Source: Gammaproteobacteria bacterium (lineage in GTDB: Bacteria; Pseudomonadota; Gammaproteobacteria; Ga0077536). From it: a stretch of 56,268 nucleotides of DNA. The DNA lies in contig VGUA01000001.1 of assembly GCA_016874535.1 (NCBI GenBank), positions 107,188 to 163,455 on the forward strand. The letters run 5' to 3'. Below, in pieces: positions 26,269-37,363 of this stretch; within the stretch, counting starts at the first letter, position 1; the number at the start of each line of letters is the position of its first letter. The translations under genes were made by a program, and so were the position numbers. The notes beneath the pieces are model-generated. The model was not told where the DNA came from. It saw only the letters and a program-made list of their open reading frames with translations, and ran no database searches.

Positions 26269-27639
26269 ATGGTTGCCGTACGCCCCGTCCCCGACGAGAA
26301 CGAGCGCCTGCCGATGCTGCTCGGATTTCAGCCGGTGGCGGAAAACACCGCGCGCCAGACCCGTTTCATCGAGCGGGGCCGCGGAATCTACGTCTACGAT
26401 ACGGACGGTCGCGAGTACATCGAGGCGACGGCATCGTTTTACGTGGCGGCGCTCGGCTACCAGAACGAGGAACTGATCGATGCGCTAACCGCGCAGTACC
26501 GCGAGCTGCCGTTCTTCGTTTCCGCCATGCATCGCACACCGAAGGTGGCGCTCGACCTCGCCGAGAAACTGGTGGAGCTGCTGCCGCTGCGCGATCCGCA
26601 CGTGCTGTTCGGGTCCAGCGGCTCGGAGGCTATCGACTTCATGCTGAAGATGCTGCGCTTCCAGGCTGCTGCACGCGGCACACCGGCGCGCAAGACGGTA
26701 ATCGGTCGCTGGGGGAGCTATCACGGGGGCACGCTCGCCTCGGCCAGCCTGACCGGTGGACATCACGAAGAATTCCTGTTGCCGTTACCGGGCTTCCGCC
26801 ATGTGTCGCAGCCCGACTACCACGGCATGCGCACGCCGGGTGAGACACCCCACGAATTTTCTGCACGCCTGGCCCGCGAACTGGAAGAGACCATCGTGCG
26901 CGAACCTTCTGGCAGTGTTGCCGCGTTCTTCTGCGAGCCGGTGAGTTTTTCATGCGGCTTCAAGGTACCGCCGGCTGAATATTTTCCCGCGATCCGTGGC
27001 GTGCTCGATGCACATGGCGTGGATCTCGTCTGTGACGAAGTGGTCAGCGGCATCGGCCGCACCGGGCAGTGGTTCGGCAGCCAGACGTTGGGCGTCACCC
27101 CCACACACATGACGCTCGCCAAAGGCATCACCAGCGGCTATTTCCCGCTGTCGGTGGTCGCACTCGGGCGGGACCTGTACGACGATCTTGAGCGAGGTTC
27201 GAACCACGTTGGCACCCTCGCGCACGCCGGCACCTACGCCGCCCACCCGGTGGGCGCAGCCGCTGCCCTGAAGATGCTGGAGATCGTGGAGCGCGACGGA
27301 CTGGTCGCGCACGCGGCAGAGATGGGTCGCCATCTCGAGATGCGCCTGCGCGCATTCGCAGATCACCCGCTGGTCGGCGACGTGCGCGCGCTGGGCCTTG
27401 GGGGTGCGCTCGATTTCCTGCGGCGGGATGGCGATGACCGTCCGCTGCAGACAGAAGCCGAGGCGGACGCGGTGTGCCTGCGCGTTTACGAAGCGCTATT
27501 CGATCTCGGTGTTGTGGCGCGCCCTGCCGGGCGCAGCCTGGTGATCGCGCCGCCGCTCATCGTGCAGCGCAGTGAGATCGACGAAATCTGTCGAAGAGTC
27601 GGGAAGGCGTTACATCTGTCGGAAGAAGGCGCTCGCTGA
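26269..27639 (+). CDS. Class III (omega-amino acid) aminotransferase
   Basis: IERGRGIYVYDTDGREYIE, SGSEA, SYHGGT, DEVVSGIGRTG, TLAKGITSGYFPLS and HAGTYAAHPV motifs. Confidence 0.9.
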   Translation: MVAVRPVPDENERLPMLLGFQPVAENTARQTRFIERGRGIYVYDTDGREYIEATASFYVAALGYQNEELIDALTAQYRELPFFVSAMHRTPKVALDLAEKLVELLPLRDPHVLFGSSGSEAIDFMLKMLRFQAAARGTPARKTVIGRWGSYHGGTLASASLTGGHHEEFLLPLPGFRHVSQPDYHGMRTPGETPHEFSARLARELEETIVREPSGSVAAFFCEPVSFSCGFKVPPAEYFPAIRGVLDAHGVDLVCDEVVSGIGRTGQWFGSQTLGVTPTHMTLAKGITSGYFPLSVVALGRDLYDDLERGSNHVGTLAHAGTYAAHPVGAAAALKMLEIVERDGLVAHAAEMGRHLEMRLRAFADHPLVGDVRALGLGGALDFLRRDGDDRPLQTEAEADAVCLRVYEALFDLGVVARPAGRSLVIAPPLIVQRSEIDEICRRVGKALHLSEEGAR

Positions 27640-27706
27640 CTGTCCGCAGAGGTGCGCGCCCGCGTGCGTGTATCCGCCTCGCCCTCACCGATCTCCCGTC
27701 ACGGCG

Positions 27707-28189
27707 CTAAGCCGCCTCGCCGAGGCGACGCTCCACCACGTCTTCGATCGTGACGGTGAGCAGGGTGTTCCCCTGCCTGTCCAGCAGGTCGAACAACCGC
27801 CCGTCTGGTGCGTGGATGCTGAACAGGATGATCATCCCGTCCTTGCCCGCATGCTCCATGTGCATCTCGCCATCCGGCAGCCTGCCCGTGAATCCCGCCT
27901 GCCGGATCTTGTGCACGGTCTCGAGCGGCCCTTCCTCGTGGATATGCTGTTCGCCCTGCAAGATCGTCACGGTGGTCTCGCCAAGGTGGCGGTGGTAATG
28001 GCAGTAGGCGTTCGGAGCCCATTTCACCAGGAACTCGACGCGGCCGGCGACCACGTCGGCGCTGGGTACCGTGTAGGCATAATCGATGGGGTAATCGAAC
28101 TCTGGGCCGCCGCCGATCTTCATCCACTGCACTGCGTTGAGATCAAAGTCTGCCGGCAAGGTTTCCGGCAAACGTACGGGCTTATTCAT
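27707..28189 (-). CDS. Cupin-like hypothetical protein
   Basis: HYHRHLGETTVTILQGEQH...HMEHAG His pattern. AGGAG RBS. Confidence 0.65.
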   Translation of the reverse strand: MNKPVRLPETLPADFDLNAVQWMKIGGGPEFDYPIDYAYTVPSADVVAGRVEFLVKWAPNAYCHYHRHLGETTVTILQGEQHIHEEGPLETVHKIRQAGFTGRLPDGEMHMEHAGKDGMIILFSIHAPDGRLFDLLDRQGNTLLTVTIEDVVERRLGEAA

Positions 28190-28375
28190 GTGAGTCTCCT
28201 TTTACAGGACCAGATCGTGTGTTGTGCGTCAGGCGTTGGCTACCAATGCGGACAGTTTTTTTCCGCCTCGTGCATATTGACGCTTATCATCGAAAACGCA
28301 TTGAAAGCCGGTTCTGGCAGGCTAGGCGACTAATCAGGGCGATTCAAGTGCAGCAGCACATGCCGCCCGGCTTGC

Positions 28376-28424
28376 GCAGGCGAGGACACTGGCGCTGGGG
28401 CATCGGAGGTAGGGCGGGCTGTCC
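28376..28424 (+). repeat. 49-bp direct repeat, right copy (orphan 3' end of the SprT-DUF2786 gene)
   Basis: GCAGGCGAGGACACTGGCGCTGGGGCATCGGAGGTAGGGCGGGCTGTCC encodes QARTLALGHRR-stop in the same frame as the left copy. Confidence 0.93.
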
Positions 28425-28452
28425 AAACGCCGTTTAGAAAGGCGGCGATCTG

Positions 28453-29013
28453 TCAGATCGCTACCTTCCACTCGCGCAACTGGCCCACGGTCTGTGTCAG
28501 TCCCTGCTTGAGCAGCGTGTCCAGGTACTCGTCGGCTGTCTTGGGTGGGTTCTTCAATGAGCGGCGATGATTGGCCGCTGCCTCGCACACGCGAGCGGGA
28601 TGCAGGTCCAGTAGTTCGAAGATGAAGTCATCCGGGTGCTGGGCGGTCAGGTTGTAGGGTTCGAGCCGTTCTGGCGGAAAGTCCTTCAGGTTGAATGTCA
28701 CGATCAGGCTGGCGCCACCGTGAATGGCGGCCGCCAGCACATGTCGGTCATCTGCGTCTGGCAGTTCCACTGCCGGGATCAGGTGCTCGAACCCGGTGAT
28801 CAGACTGTCGCGGACGTGGGCGTTCATCAGCGCCGCGTCCGATCAAGATCTTCGGCCGTCAGATCCAGCCGCTGCTTCAAAACATTACGCACCCACTCGT
28901 CGTGGATCATGTCCGTCCAACGGGCCCGGTACAAATCTGTCAGCGCCAGGCGCATCAGCAGGTCGCGCAACGGAGCCGGGTAGAGCACGCACGCGTCTGA
29001 AGTCGAGACCCAT
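28453..29013 (-). pseudogene. PIN-domain toxin (PIN_3/VapC-like), frameshifted
   Basis: The segment DACVLYPAPLRDLLMRLALTDLYRARWTDMIHDEWVRN is out of frame with both the ATG at 29013 and the C-terminal MNAHVRDS...LPDADDRHVLAAA...IVTFNLKDF. Lesions lie near 28998 and 28832. Confidence 0.8.
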
Positions 29014-29478
29014 TCATTCGTACCCCATCTTGAGCGCCTGCGCTTGTTCGGTCAGCGCATCGAGGGCCTTGCTGCGCTCGGCATCAATCCGCTCCTTGTA
29101 CGCGATCACATCCTGGTAGCGTACGCGGCGGTGCGTTCCAATCTTGTGGAACGGGATCTCGCCGCGCTCCAGTAGTTGCACGAGGAATGGCCGCGAGACA
29201 TTGAGTACGTCCGCGGCGTCCTGGGTCGTGAGCTCGGCATGGGTTGGGATGATGCTGACGGCATTGCCCTCGCCGATTTCCGTCAGCACGTCCACTAGCA
29301 GCCGCAGCGCCGACACCGGAACGTGGACCTGATGGGGTGCGCCCTTGTCGTCGAAGATCTCGATCTGCTGAATTTCCGCGCGGGTCTGCAGGAAGGTGGA
29401 TAGCGCCCGGCCGCTCTCGCGGGCGATGGCAACTTCTTCGGCCGTCGGCAACGGATGGGTGGGTGAGGGCGGGGTCAT
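29014..29478 (-). CDS. Excisionase-family HTH DNA-binding protein (antitoxin partner of PIN)
   Basis: ELTTQDAADVLNVSRPFLVQLLERGEIPFHKIGTHRRV. GAGG RBS before ATG 29478. Confidence 0.88.
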   Translation of the reverse strand: MTPPSPTHPLPTAEEVAIARESGRALSTFLQTRAEIQQIEIFDDKGAPHQVHVPVSALRLLVDVLTEIGEGNAVSIIPTHAELTTQDAADVLNVSRPFLVQLLERGEIPFHKIGTHRRVRYQDVIAYKERIDAERSKALDALTEQAQALKMGYE

Positions 29479-29828
29479 GGCAGCCTCTGCGGAACCTTTA
29501 AAGAGCGTCACGGGAGGGAATATAAACGAAATAAACAAATAATCGAAATATCCAAAAGACGAGAGCCTCCCCTGGCAGACACCCCTTTACACTCACCCCG
29601 CCGCCAAGCCGCCTTGCGCCCCCCGGCTGGCAGATCAGCCACTGATCAACTGAGTGTGAACCGGCAGTTGGGCCAGCTGAGGATGCTGGAGATGGGTGCA
29701 TGGTATGTAATGACCCAGCCGAATCTGCTCACCTCGATCCTGCTGGTTACGCAGTCAAAGTAATCACAGCGAACAGGCAGACTCTCCCGCCAAAACAACG
29801 AGTTACGGGAAAAAAATACTGAATGAGA

Positions 29829-29905
<77 letters not shown>

Positions 29906-29967
29906 CCGGTGAAAGCGGGGAGCGCCCCAAGGCTGGGGCGTTGCGGCGGGGCCGATGGCCCCGCGCT

Positions 29968-31824
29968 TCAGTCCAGGAAAGTGCGCAGCCGTTCGGAGCG
30001 CGAGGGGTGGCGCAGCTTGCGCAGGGCCTTCGCCTCTATCTGGCGGATGCGCTCACGCGTCACGTCGAACTGCTTGCCCACTTCTTCCAGCGTATGGTCG
30101 GTATTCATGTCGATACCAAAGCGCATGCGCAGGACTTTCGCTTCCCGCGGCGTGAGCCCTTCCAGCACTTCGCGAGTGCTGCGGCACAGGCCTTCAAAGG
30201 TGGCGGAGTCGATCGGGGACTGGATGTTGGTGTCCTCGATGAAATCCCCCAGGTGCGAGTCCTCGTCGTCGCCAATCGGAGTCTCCATGGAGATGGGCTC
30301 CTTGGCGATCTTCAGCACCTTGCGGATCTTGTCTTCCGGCATCTCCATGCGCTGCGCCAGCTCTTCCGGCGTCGGCTCGCGGCCCTTCTCCTGCAGGATC
30401 TGGCGCGAGATGCGGTTGAGCTTGTTGATGGTCTCGATCATGTGCACCGGAATGCGGATGGTGCGGGCCTGGTCTGCAATGGAGCGCGTGATCGCCTGGC
30501 GTATCCACCAGGTCGCATAGGTGGAGAATTTGTAACCGCGGCGGTATTCAAACTTGTCCACCGCCTTCATGAGGCCGATGTTGCCTTCCTGGATGAGGTC
30601 CAGGAACAAGAGCCCGCGGTTGGTGTACTTCTTGGCAATCGAGATCACCAAGCGCAGGTTGGCCTCCACCATTTCCTTCTTCGCGCGGCGGGCCTTGGCC
30701 TCGCCAATGGACATGCGACGGTTGATGTCCTTGATCTCGCTGATCAGCACGCCACTGCGCCCTTCAATTTCGCGCAGCCGGTTCTGGATTTCTTCGATGT
30801 CCGGCGCCTTCTCCTTCAGCGCCGCCACATAGGGCTTCTTCTGCTTGATAAGGTTCTTCAGCCAGGTGTCATCCGTTTCCTTGTCGATGAACATCTGCAG
30901 GAAATCCTTGCGCGGAATCTTGCACTGCTTCACGCAGATATCCATGACGTTCTTTTCGTGCTGGCGGATTTCTTCCACCACCGTGCGCACCTGCTGGCCA
31001 AGATGCTCGGACATGCGCGGGATGAGCTTGAAGACCAGGAACTTCTCCTGCAGCTCCTTGCGCGCTTGCTGGGTCTTGGGATGGCTGCGGCCGTTCTTCT
31101 TGGTGGCCGTCTGCACCTTCTTCTGGAGTTTGCGGAACTCCTCGAAGTGCGCCTTCACTTCTTCCGGATCCAGCTGGTTGGCGGCTGGATCTGCGGCGTC
31201 GTCGTCGCCGTTTTCTTCATCATCGTTGGCGGGCGCAGCGGCTTCCACTTCGTCCGGCAATTCCACCGGCTCCGCCGCCACCGTGGCTTCGGAATAGTCG
31301 ATGAAGCCCGCGATGAGGTCCGTGATCTTGCCTTCGGTCTCCACTGTGCGGTCGTATTCGGCGAGGAAGGTTTCCCCCACGCTCGGGAAATCCGCCAGCG
31401 CGGACAGCACCTGGTTCAGGCCGTCCTCGATGCGCTTGGCAATCTTGATTTCGCCTTCGCGGGTGAGCAGATCCACCGTGCCCATTTCGCGCATGTACAT
31501 GCGCACGGGATCCGTGGTGCGGCCAAATTCCGTATCCACGGCGGCGATGGCGGCGGCCGCTTCTTCCGCGGCTTCTTCGTCGATCTCCGGCTCTGCCATG
31601 AGGATGGCGTCCGGATCGGGGGCCGTCTCGTGGACGGTAATCCCCATGTCGTTGATCATGTTGATGATGTCTTCGATCTGCTCGGGATCGACGATGTCAT
31701 CGGGCAGGTGGTCGTTGACCTCGTGATAGGTCAGGAAGCCCTGCTCCTTGCCTTTGGCAATGAGGCGCTTGAGCTGCGACTGTTCGTCGTTGGTGTCGAT
31801 TTCTTCGAGCGGTTCAGTGGCCAT
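29968..31824 (-). CDS. rpoD: RNA polymerase sigma factor RpoD (sigma70)
   Basis: [50 protein letters not shown] and [20 protein letters not shown]. Confidence 0.98.
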   Translation of the reverse strand: MATEPLEEIDTNDEQSQLKRLIAKGKEQGFLTYHEVNDHLPDDIVDPEQIEDIINMINDMGITVHETAPDPDAILMAEPEIDEEAAEEAAAAIAAVDTEFGRTTDPVRMYMREMGTVDLLTREGEIKIAKRIEDGLNQVLSALADFPSVGETFLAEYDRTVETEGKITDLIAGFIDYSEATVAAEPVELPDEVEAAAPANDDEENGDDDAADPAANQLDPEEVKAHFEEFRKLQKKVQTATKKNGRSHPKTQQARKELQEKFLVFKLIPRMSEHLGQQVRTVVEEIRQHEKNVMDICVKQCKIPRKDFLQMFIDKETDDTWLKNLIKQKKPYVAALKEKAPDIEEIQNRLREIEGRSGVLISEIKDINRRMSIGEAKARRAKKEMVEANLRLVISIAKKYTNRGLLFLDLIQEGNIGLMKAVDKFEYRRGYKFSTYATWWIRQAITRSIADQARTIRIPVHMIETINKLNRISRQILQEKGREPTPEELAQRMEMPEDKIRKVLKIAKEPISMETPIGDDEDSHLGDFIEDTNIQSPIDSATFEGLCRSTREVLEGLTPREAKVLRMRFGIDMNTDHTLEEVGKQFDVTRERIRQIEAKALRKLRHPSRSERLRTFLD

Positions 31825-32054
31825 GCGCTGTACCTTGATGAATGGCTGGGTACGGAGGGCCTTGAGCCTTCCGTCGGGCGTTTTAGAGTATTGACCGGCG
31901 CGAGCGTTCCGCAGCTGCGGAAACAATGCCGGAGTATAACCCCGAAGCCGAGGGGTGAACCACCCGAGGAGCTCGCAAGTGCGCCCTGTGTCTCGAGATT
32001 GGGATGGCAGTGGGCTTTTGCAATGGCTCCCGTGCCCGTAGGGGCACCCGCAGC

Positions 32055-33809
32055 TCAGCCCGGGTCGCGGCGCCGGGTCTGCTGCAGCTTGGCCCGAGTC
32101 TGCTCGGCGAGCTCGGCCGGGGTGCCTGCGGCCGCTGTTTCCACGAGCCGCGAGTAGTAATTTCGTTGCGCGTGCTTCAGCACTTGGCCCAGGGCCCCCG
32201 TGAATTCGGCGGCCCAGTGTTCGGGCGGCAACAGCATCTGGGTTGCGAGAATCTCCTCGATGAGCGCGCCCTGGGGGGTATCCCGGAAGCGCTCGATGAG
32301 CGCGCCGGAGGTGAGCGTGGGCTCGGCACCCAGCAATTCCAGCAGGTCGACCAAGAGCGCAAGGCGCGGGTCGGCCGTCACGTCCAGAGCCGGAAAGTGG
32401 CTGGCCTGGGCGGCGAGGCCGGGCTCCCGCAGCAAAAAGTAGAGTGCGCGATTGAGCACCGGCGTCACGCTCTGGCGGGGACCGAGCGGCCGGGACTGGC
32501 GCACGGCACCGGGCGGGTCGGGTGGCAGGCGCGCCCCCGGCACGATGACGCGGGTTTGCGCGAGTTCGGCCAGCCGCTCCTGCAGCAGTTGCCGGAAAGT
32601 CCCGCCGGGCACCTTGCCAATCAAGGGCTTGGCGAGCGCCACCAGCCGTGCCCGGCCTTCCAAGGTGCGCAGATCCGTCTGCTTGCCGAGCTCCCTGAAC
32701 AGCATTTCGGACAAACCTTCAAAGCGCGCCGGATCTTCAAACGCCGTGCGCCCTTCCTGACGCACCAGCGAATCCGGATCCTGACCCTGTGGCAGGAACA
32801 GGAAAGCCGCGCTGCGCCCGTCCTGCAGATAGGGCAGGGCGGTTTCCAGCGCCCGCCAGCTGGCGCGTTGGCCGGCGGCGTCGCCATCAAAACAGAACAC
32901 GATTTCCGGCACCGCGCGGAACAGGGTTTCCAGATGTTCGCCGGTGGTGGCGGTGCCGAGCGTGGCCACCGCGTAATCGATGCCGTGCTGGGCCAGCGCC
33001 ACCACATCCATATAGCCCTCCACGATGAGGATGCGCGAAAGCTTGGTATTTGCCTTCAGGGCATGGTGCAGGCCATAGAGCTCGCGCCGCTTCTGGAAGA
33101 TGGGTGTTTCCGGCGAATTGAGATATTTGGGCTCGCCCTGATCGATGACGCGCCCGCCAAAGGCGATGCAGCGGCCGCGCCGGTCATGGATGGGAAAGAT
33201 GATGCGATCGCGGAAGCGGTCATAGGCGCCGCCGCCTTCGCGCTCGATGGTGAGCCCACCCAGGAGCAGAAGTTTCTGTCGCTCGGGCGTGGTGCCGAGG
33301 GCGCTGAGGCAGGTATCCCAGCCTTGCGGCGCGTAGCCAATGCCGAAGCGCTTGGCGATTTCGCCGGTGAGGCCGCGGCGCTTCAGGTAGCTCACCGCGC
33401 GCTCGCGGGTGGGGTGTTCGCGCAGCAGGCGGGCATAGAGGGCTTCGGCTTCCGCCATCACGGCATAGAGCGGGCCGTTGTCTTCGCGCTTCGCCTCCGG
33501 GCCGCCGGCTTCGTATTCGATATCCATGCCGAACTGGGCGGCGAGATCTTCCACCGCCTCGGTGAAGCTCAAGCCATCATGGTTCATCAGAAAGCCGATG
33601 GCCGAGCCGTGCTGGCCGCAGCCAAAGCAGTGATAGAACTGCTTCTCCGGGCTCACGGTGAAGGAGGGCGATTTTTCGTTGTGGAAGGGGCACAGGCCCT
33701 GGAAGTCACGCCCCGCCTTTTTCAGCTGCACGGTCTTGCCCACCACATCGACGATATCGACGCGGTCCAGCAATTTGTCGACGAAGGCGCGGGCGATGCG
33801 ACCAGCCAT
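32055..33809 (-). CDS. dnaG: DNA primase
   Basis: [11 protein letters not shown]...HCFGC zinc ribbon, [16 protein letters not shown] and CFDGD TOPRIM. Confidence 0.97.
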   Translation of the reverse strand: MAGRIARAFVDKLLDRVDIVDVVGKTVQLKKAGRDFQGLCPFHNEKSPSFTVSPEKQFYHCFGCGQHGSAIGFLMNHDGLSFTEAVEDLAAQFGMDIEYEAGGPEAKREDNGPLYAVMAEAEALYARLLREHPTRERAVSYLKRRGLTGEIAKRFGIGYAPQGWDTCLSALGTTPERQKLLLLGGLTIEREGGGAYDRFRDRIIFPIHDRRGRCIAFGGRVIDQGEPKYLNSPETPIFQKRRELYGLHHALKANTKLSRILIVEGYMDVVALAQHGIDYAVATLGTATTGEHLETLFRAVPEIVFCFDGDAAGQRASWRALETALPYLQDGRSAAFLFLPQGQDPDSLVRQEGRTAFEDPARFEGLSEMLFRELGKQTDLRTLEGRARLVALAKPLIGKVPGGTFRQLLQERLAELAQTRVIVPGARLPPDPPGAVRQSRPLGPRQSVTPVLNRALYFLLREPGLAAQASHFPALDVTADPRLALLVDLLELLGAEPTLTSGALIERFRDTPQGALIEEILATQMLLPPEHWAAEFTGALGQVLKHAQRNYYSRLVETAAAGTPAELAEQTRAKLQQTRRRDPG

Positions 33810-33916
33810 GGGGCAAGCAAATCCGTGTGACGCGGGCAGTGCGTGTGCCCATTGTAGGCGCTTGGCATCCCGGCGGAATGCTCCGCGCAGGAGAAGGGGA
33901 GCGGGGTGGCCGGCGC

Positions 33917-34369
33917 TCAGGCGCCGGAGAGTCTGGCCTTGATGGTGGCGCTGACGGCGGAGAGGTCGGCCCGGCCCATGACCAGCGGGCGGAGCGTGTT
34001 CATGACCTTGCCCATGTCCTTGATTTGGGTGGCGCCGCACTCGGCGATGGTCTTGTCGATGAGCGCACCCAGCTCCTCGGCGCTCAGCGGCGCGGGCAGG
34101 AATTCCTCGATGATGCGCAGTTCGTCCCGCTCCTTGTCCGCGAGATCCTGCCGCCCAGCGGCATCGAACTGGCTGATGGAATCCCGGCGCTGGTTGGTGA
34201 GCTTGGTGAGGATGGCGATGATGGCATCGTCATCTGGCGTGGTGCGGGTATCGACTTCCACCTGCTTCACCGCGGCCAGCATGCCGCGGAGCGTGGTGGA
34301 GCGGAGTTTGTCCCCGGATTTGAGCGCCTCCTTCACGGCGGCGTTCATGCGGTCCTTGAGTTCGGACAT
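33917..34369 (-). CDS. GatB/YqeY domain protein
   Basis: QRRDSISQFDAAGRQDLADKE...KDMGKVM. Typical position between rpsU and dnaG. Confidence 0.92.
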   Translation of the reverse strand: MSELKDRMNAAVKEALKSGDKLRSTTLRGMLAAVKQVEVDTRTTPDDDAIIAILTKLTNQRRDSISQFDAAGRQDLADKERDELRIIEEFLPAPLSAEELGALIDKTIAECGATQIKDMGKVMNTLRPLVMGRADLSAVSATIKARLSGA

Positions 34370-34425
34370 GGCGGGAGCTTCCGGGCTGTCTGGCGCTCCC
34401 TCGGTTGAGGCGGCGCCGGGAACAA

Positions 34426-34641
34426 TCAGTACATGCGGGTCTTGCGCAGTGAGGACCGCGCGGCCTTCTTCTGCCAGCGCTTCACCGCGGCAGCGGCCTT
34501 GCGCTTGCGCTCCTGGGTGGGCTTTTCGTAGAACTCGCGCTTGTGCACTTCGGCCAGTACACCGGCTTTTTCACAGGCGCGCTTGAAGCGGCGCATGGCG
34601 ATATCAAAGGGTTCGTTTTCGCGGATTTTGACGCTGGGCAT
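34426..34641 (-). CDS. rpsU: 30S ribosomal protein S21
   Basis: [42 protein letters not shown]. Confidence 0.97.
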   Translation of the reverse strand: MPSVKIRENEPFDIAMRRFKRACEKAGVLAEVHKREFYEKPTQERKRKAAAAVKRWQKKAARSSLRKTRMY

Positions 34642-34744
34642 GGGCTTGCTTTGGATCCTATGGGTCACTGTGCCTTCAGGGACCGGGGATCCTATGCGGC
34701 CAGCCACCGAATGTCCACCTGAAGGAGTGGTAATCTCCCGCCCC

Positions 34745-35767
34745 ATGAACATCCTCGGCATCGAGACCTCCTGCGACGAAACCGGTGTGGCCGTCTACGC
34801 CGAGCCCGGTGGCCTGCTGGCCCATCGCCTGCACAGCCAAGTGGCCATGCACCGCGAGCACGGGGGCGTGGTGCCGGAACTCGCCTCGCGGGACCATGTG
34901 CAGCGCCTGGTACCCCTCATCCGCGAGACGGTATCGGAGGCGGGGCTCGGCCTCCCGGACCTCACCGCCATTGCCTATACCGCAGGCCCCGGCCTCATCG
35001 GGGCGCTGCTGGTGGGGGCGACCTTGGCCCGCAGCCTCGCGTGGGCGCTCGGGATCCCGGCCATCCCCATTCATCATATGGAGGCCCACCTCTTGGCCCC
35101 CATGCTGGAGCCGGATCCGCCTGAATTCCCCTTCTTGGCCCTGCTGGTGTCCGGCGGCCACACCATGCTCGTGCAGGTGGAAAGCCTCGGGCAGTACCGG
35201 ATTCTGGGCGAATCCCTGGACGATGCCGCGGGCGAGGCCTTCGACAAGACGGCCAAGCTGCTGGGCCTCGGTTACCCCGGGGGGCCGGCGGTGGAGCGCC
35301 TGGCGGCGGAAGGCGAGGCCGGCCGCTTCACCTTCCCCCGCCCGATGACGGACCGGCCGGGCCTCGATTTCAGTTTCAGTGGCTTGAAGACCTACTGCGC
35401 CAATACCGTGCGCGACCACGGCAAGGAGCCCGGCGCGCCTGCCGCCATTGCGCGCGCCTTCAGCGAGGCGGTAGTGGATACCTTCATCATCAAGTGTCGT
35501 CGCGCTTTGAAAGAAACAGGTCTGCGAACCCTAGTGGTGGCCGGTGGCGTGAGCGCCAACCGGCAGTTGCGCGCGGGGCTCGATGCTCTCGCCAAGACTC
35601 AGGGCGCGCGGGTGTATTACCCGCAGCCGGCGTTCTGTACGGACAACGGCGCGATGATCGCCTACGCCGGATACCTCAGGCATCGCGCAGGCGAGCGTGC
35701 GCCGCTCGATTTTGCGGCGAGGCCGCGTTGGTCCTTGGAGGAGATTGGCCTGACGGCGGGGGCCTGA
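34745..35767 (+). CDS. tsaD: tRNA N6-adenosine threonylcarbamoyltransferase
   Basis: [37 protein letters not shown] and CTDNGAMIA. Confidence 0.97.
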   Translation: MNILGIETSCDETGVAVYAEPGGLLAHRLHSQVAMHREHGGVVPELASRDHVQRLVPLIRETVSEAGLGLPDLTAIAYTAGPGLIGALLVGATLARSLAWALGIPAIPIHHMEAHLLAPMLEPDPPEFPFLALLVSGGHTMLVQVESLGQYRILGESLDDAAGEAFDKTAKLLGLGYPGGPAVERLAAEGEAGRFTFPRPMTDRPGLDFSFSGLKTYCANTVRDHGKEPGAPAAIARAFSEAVVDTFIIKCRRALKETGLRTLVVAGGVSANRQLRAGLDALAKTQGARVYYPQPAFCTDNGAMIAYAGYLRHRAGERAPLDFAARPRWSLEEIGLTAGA

Positions 35768-35807
35768 GGGCAGCAAGGCCCGCAGTGCTGGCCGCGCGGT
35801 GGAATGC

Positions 35808-36401
35808 TCAGGCGCGCTTGGCGCCGATGCGACCTTCCGTGCCGGCGCGCAGGCGCTGGATATTCTCCGCATGGCGCCAGAACACTGCCGGGGCCATCAC
35901 GCCCAGCGCCAGGGCGTAGGGTAGGGGCAAGCCCAGCAGCAGTGCGTAAAGTGGTGCCGCCAGAGTGGCGCACAGCGCGGCGAGTGAGGAATAGCGGGAC
36001 ACGGCCGCCACCGCGAGCCAGGTCACGATAAAGCAGAGTCCCAATCGCCAGTCACAGCCGAACAGCACGCCGATGAGCGTCGCCACGCCCTTGCCACCCT
36101 TGAAGCCGAAGAACACCGGATAGAGATGTCCGATGAAGGCGGCGACGCCTGCGCCGGCCACGATGGCGGGATCAAGCTTGAGCCCGGCCGCGATCACGAC
36201 CGGCAGAAAGCCCTTGAGCACATCGCCCGCCAAGGTGAGCAGTGCGGGAAATTTGCCATAGGCGCGCAACACGTTCGTGGCGCCGGGATTGCCCGAACCC
36301 ACGCTGCGCGGATCGCCCTTGCCCATCAGCCTGCAGACCAGAATGGCCGCGGAGATGGAACCGATGAGATAGCTGGCGACGAGATAGGCGATGCCCCACA
36401 T
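35808..36401 (-). CDS. plsY: Glycerol-3-phosphate acyltransferase
   Basis: GSGNPGATNVLR, GHLYPVFFGFKGGKGVAT and RHAENIQRL. Confidence 0.96.
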   Translation of the reverse strand: MWGIAYLVASYLIGSISAAILVCRLMGKGDPRSVGSGNPGATNVLRAYGKFPALLTLAGDVLKGFLPVVIAAGLKLDPAIVAGAGVAAFIGHLYPVFFGFKGGKGVATLIGVLFGCDWRLGLCFIVTWLAVAAVSRYSSLAALCATLAAPLYALLLGLPLPYALALGVMAPAVFWRHAENIQRLRAGTEGRIGAKRA

Positions 36402-36492
36402 GCCGGCTATTGCACTTGATGCCCGGACGGCAATCAAGAGGGCTTATACTCCGGCGCAGCGCGACTCCCGCGCGTTCTCTGGACGGCTTGTG

Positions 36493-36849
36493 ATGGATAT
36501 CGTTTTTCTCCATGGACTCAAGATCGACACCGTCATCGGCATCTGGGACTGGGAGCGCAAGCTCAAGCAGACCTTGGTCATCGATCTCGACATGGGCGCC
36601 GATCTCTCCATCCCCGGCCGCAGCGACAACATCGAAGACACCCTCGACTACAAATCCGTGACCAAGCGGATCATGAAGCTTGCGGACGAGAGCGCCTTCC
36701 TGCTCGTGGAAAAGCTGGCCGAGACGATTGCGGACATCCTCCTCGATGAATTCAAGATCCCCTGGGTGCGCGTGCGTATCAACAAGCAGGGCGCCGTGCG
36801 TCAGGTGCGCGATGTGGGTGTGATGATCGAACGCAGCCGCAAGTCCTGA
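36493..36849 (+). CDS. folB: Dihydroneopterin aldolase
   Basis: MDIVFLHGLKIDTVIGIWDWER...LDY...LVEKLAE...VGVMIER. Confidence 0.95.
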   Translation: MDIVFLHGLKIDTVIGIWDWERKLKQTLVIDLDMGADLSIPGRSDNIEDTLDYKSVTKRIMKLADESAFLLVEKLAETIADILLDEFKIPWVRVRINKQGAVRQVRDVGVMIERSRKS

Positions 36850-36856
36850 TCTGCCC

Positions 36857-37363
36857 GTGCCGCAGGTTTACGTCAGCATCGGCAGCAACCAGTCACCCCG
36901 GCAGTACATTCGCGAGGGCCTGGGCCGGTTGGAAGCCGAGGTTGGGCCGTTGCAGGTCTCACCGGTCTACCGCAGCGTGGCCGTGGGGTTTGAAGGCGAG
37001 GATTTCTTCAATCTCGTGATTGGATTTTCCACCGACTTGCCGCTGCAGACGCTGGCGCAGATCCTGCGCGACATCGAAGCCGCCTGCGGGCGTCACCGCG
37101 GGGAAGCGAAATTCGCACCGCGCACCCTGGATATGGACATCCTCACCTATGGTGATGCTGTGCTCGAAGAAGGCCGCCTGCGCCTGCCGCGCGAGGACAT
37201 CCTGGAATACGCCTTCGTGCTGAAGCCGCTGGCGGACCTTGCGCCCGAGGCGCGGCATCCGGTGCTCAGGCAAACTTATGCGGCGCTCTGGGCGGCCTTT
37301 GCCGGTGACGATGCCGGCATGGTGGAAGCCCCCGGGTTTCTCGACGACGAACCTTCCCCATGA
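36857..37363 (+). CDS. folK: 2-amino-4-hydroxy-6-hydroxymethyldihydropteridine diphosphokinase
   Basis: VYVSIGSN, DFFNLV, PRTLDMDIL and AFVLKPLADL. Confidence 0.93.
   Translation: MPQVYVSIGSNQSPRQYIREGLGRLEAEVGPLQVSPVYRSVAVGFEGEDFFNLVIGFSTDLPLQTLAQILRDIEAACGRHRGEAKFAPRTLDMDILTYGDAVLEEGRLRLPREDILEYAFVLKPLADLAPEARHPVLRQTYAALWAAFAGDDAGMVEAPGFLDDEPSP

Larger units (their letters stand above)
20022..28424. mobile_element. Putative inserted catabolic islet bounded by 49-bp direct repeats; no recombinase encoded
   Basis: Direct repeats flank a self-contained module of GntR, hydantoinase A/B, two aminotransferases and a cupin. Confidence 0.6.

Noticed and set aside
29941-33830. Long plus-strand ORFs (738 aa and 608 aa) opposite rpoD and dnaG
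   Set aside because: Antisense shadow frames expected from high-GC codon bias, with no recognisable motifs.
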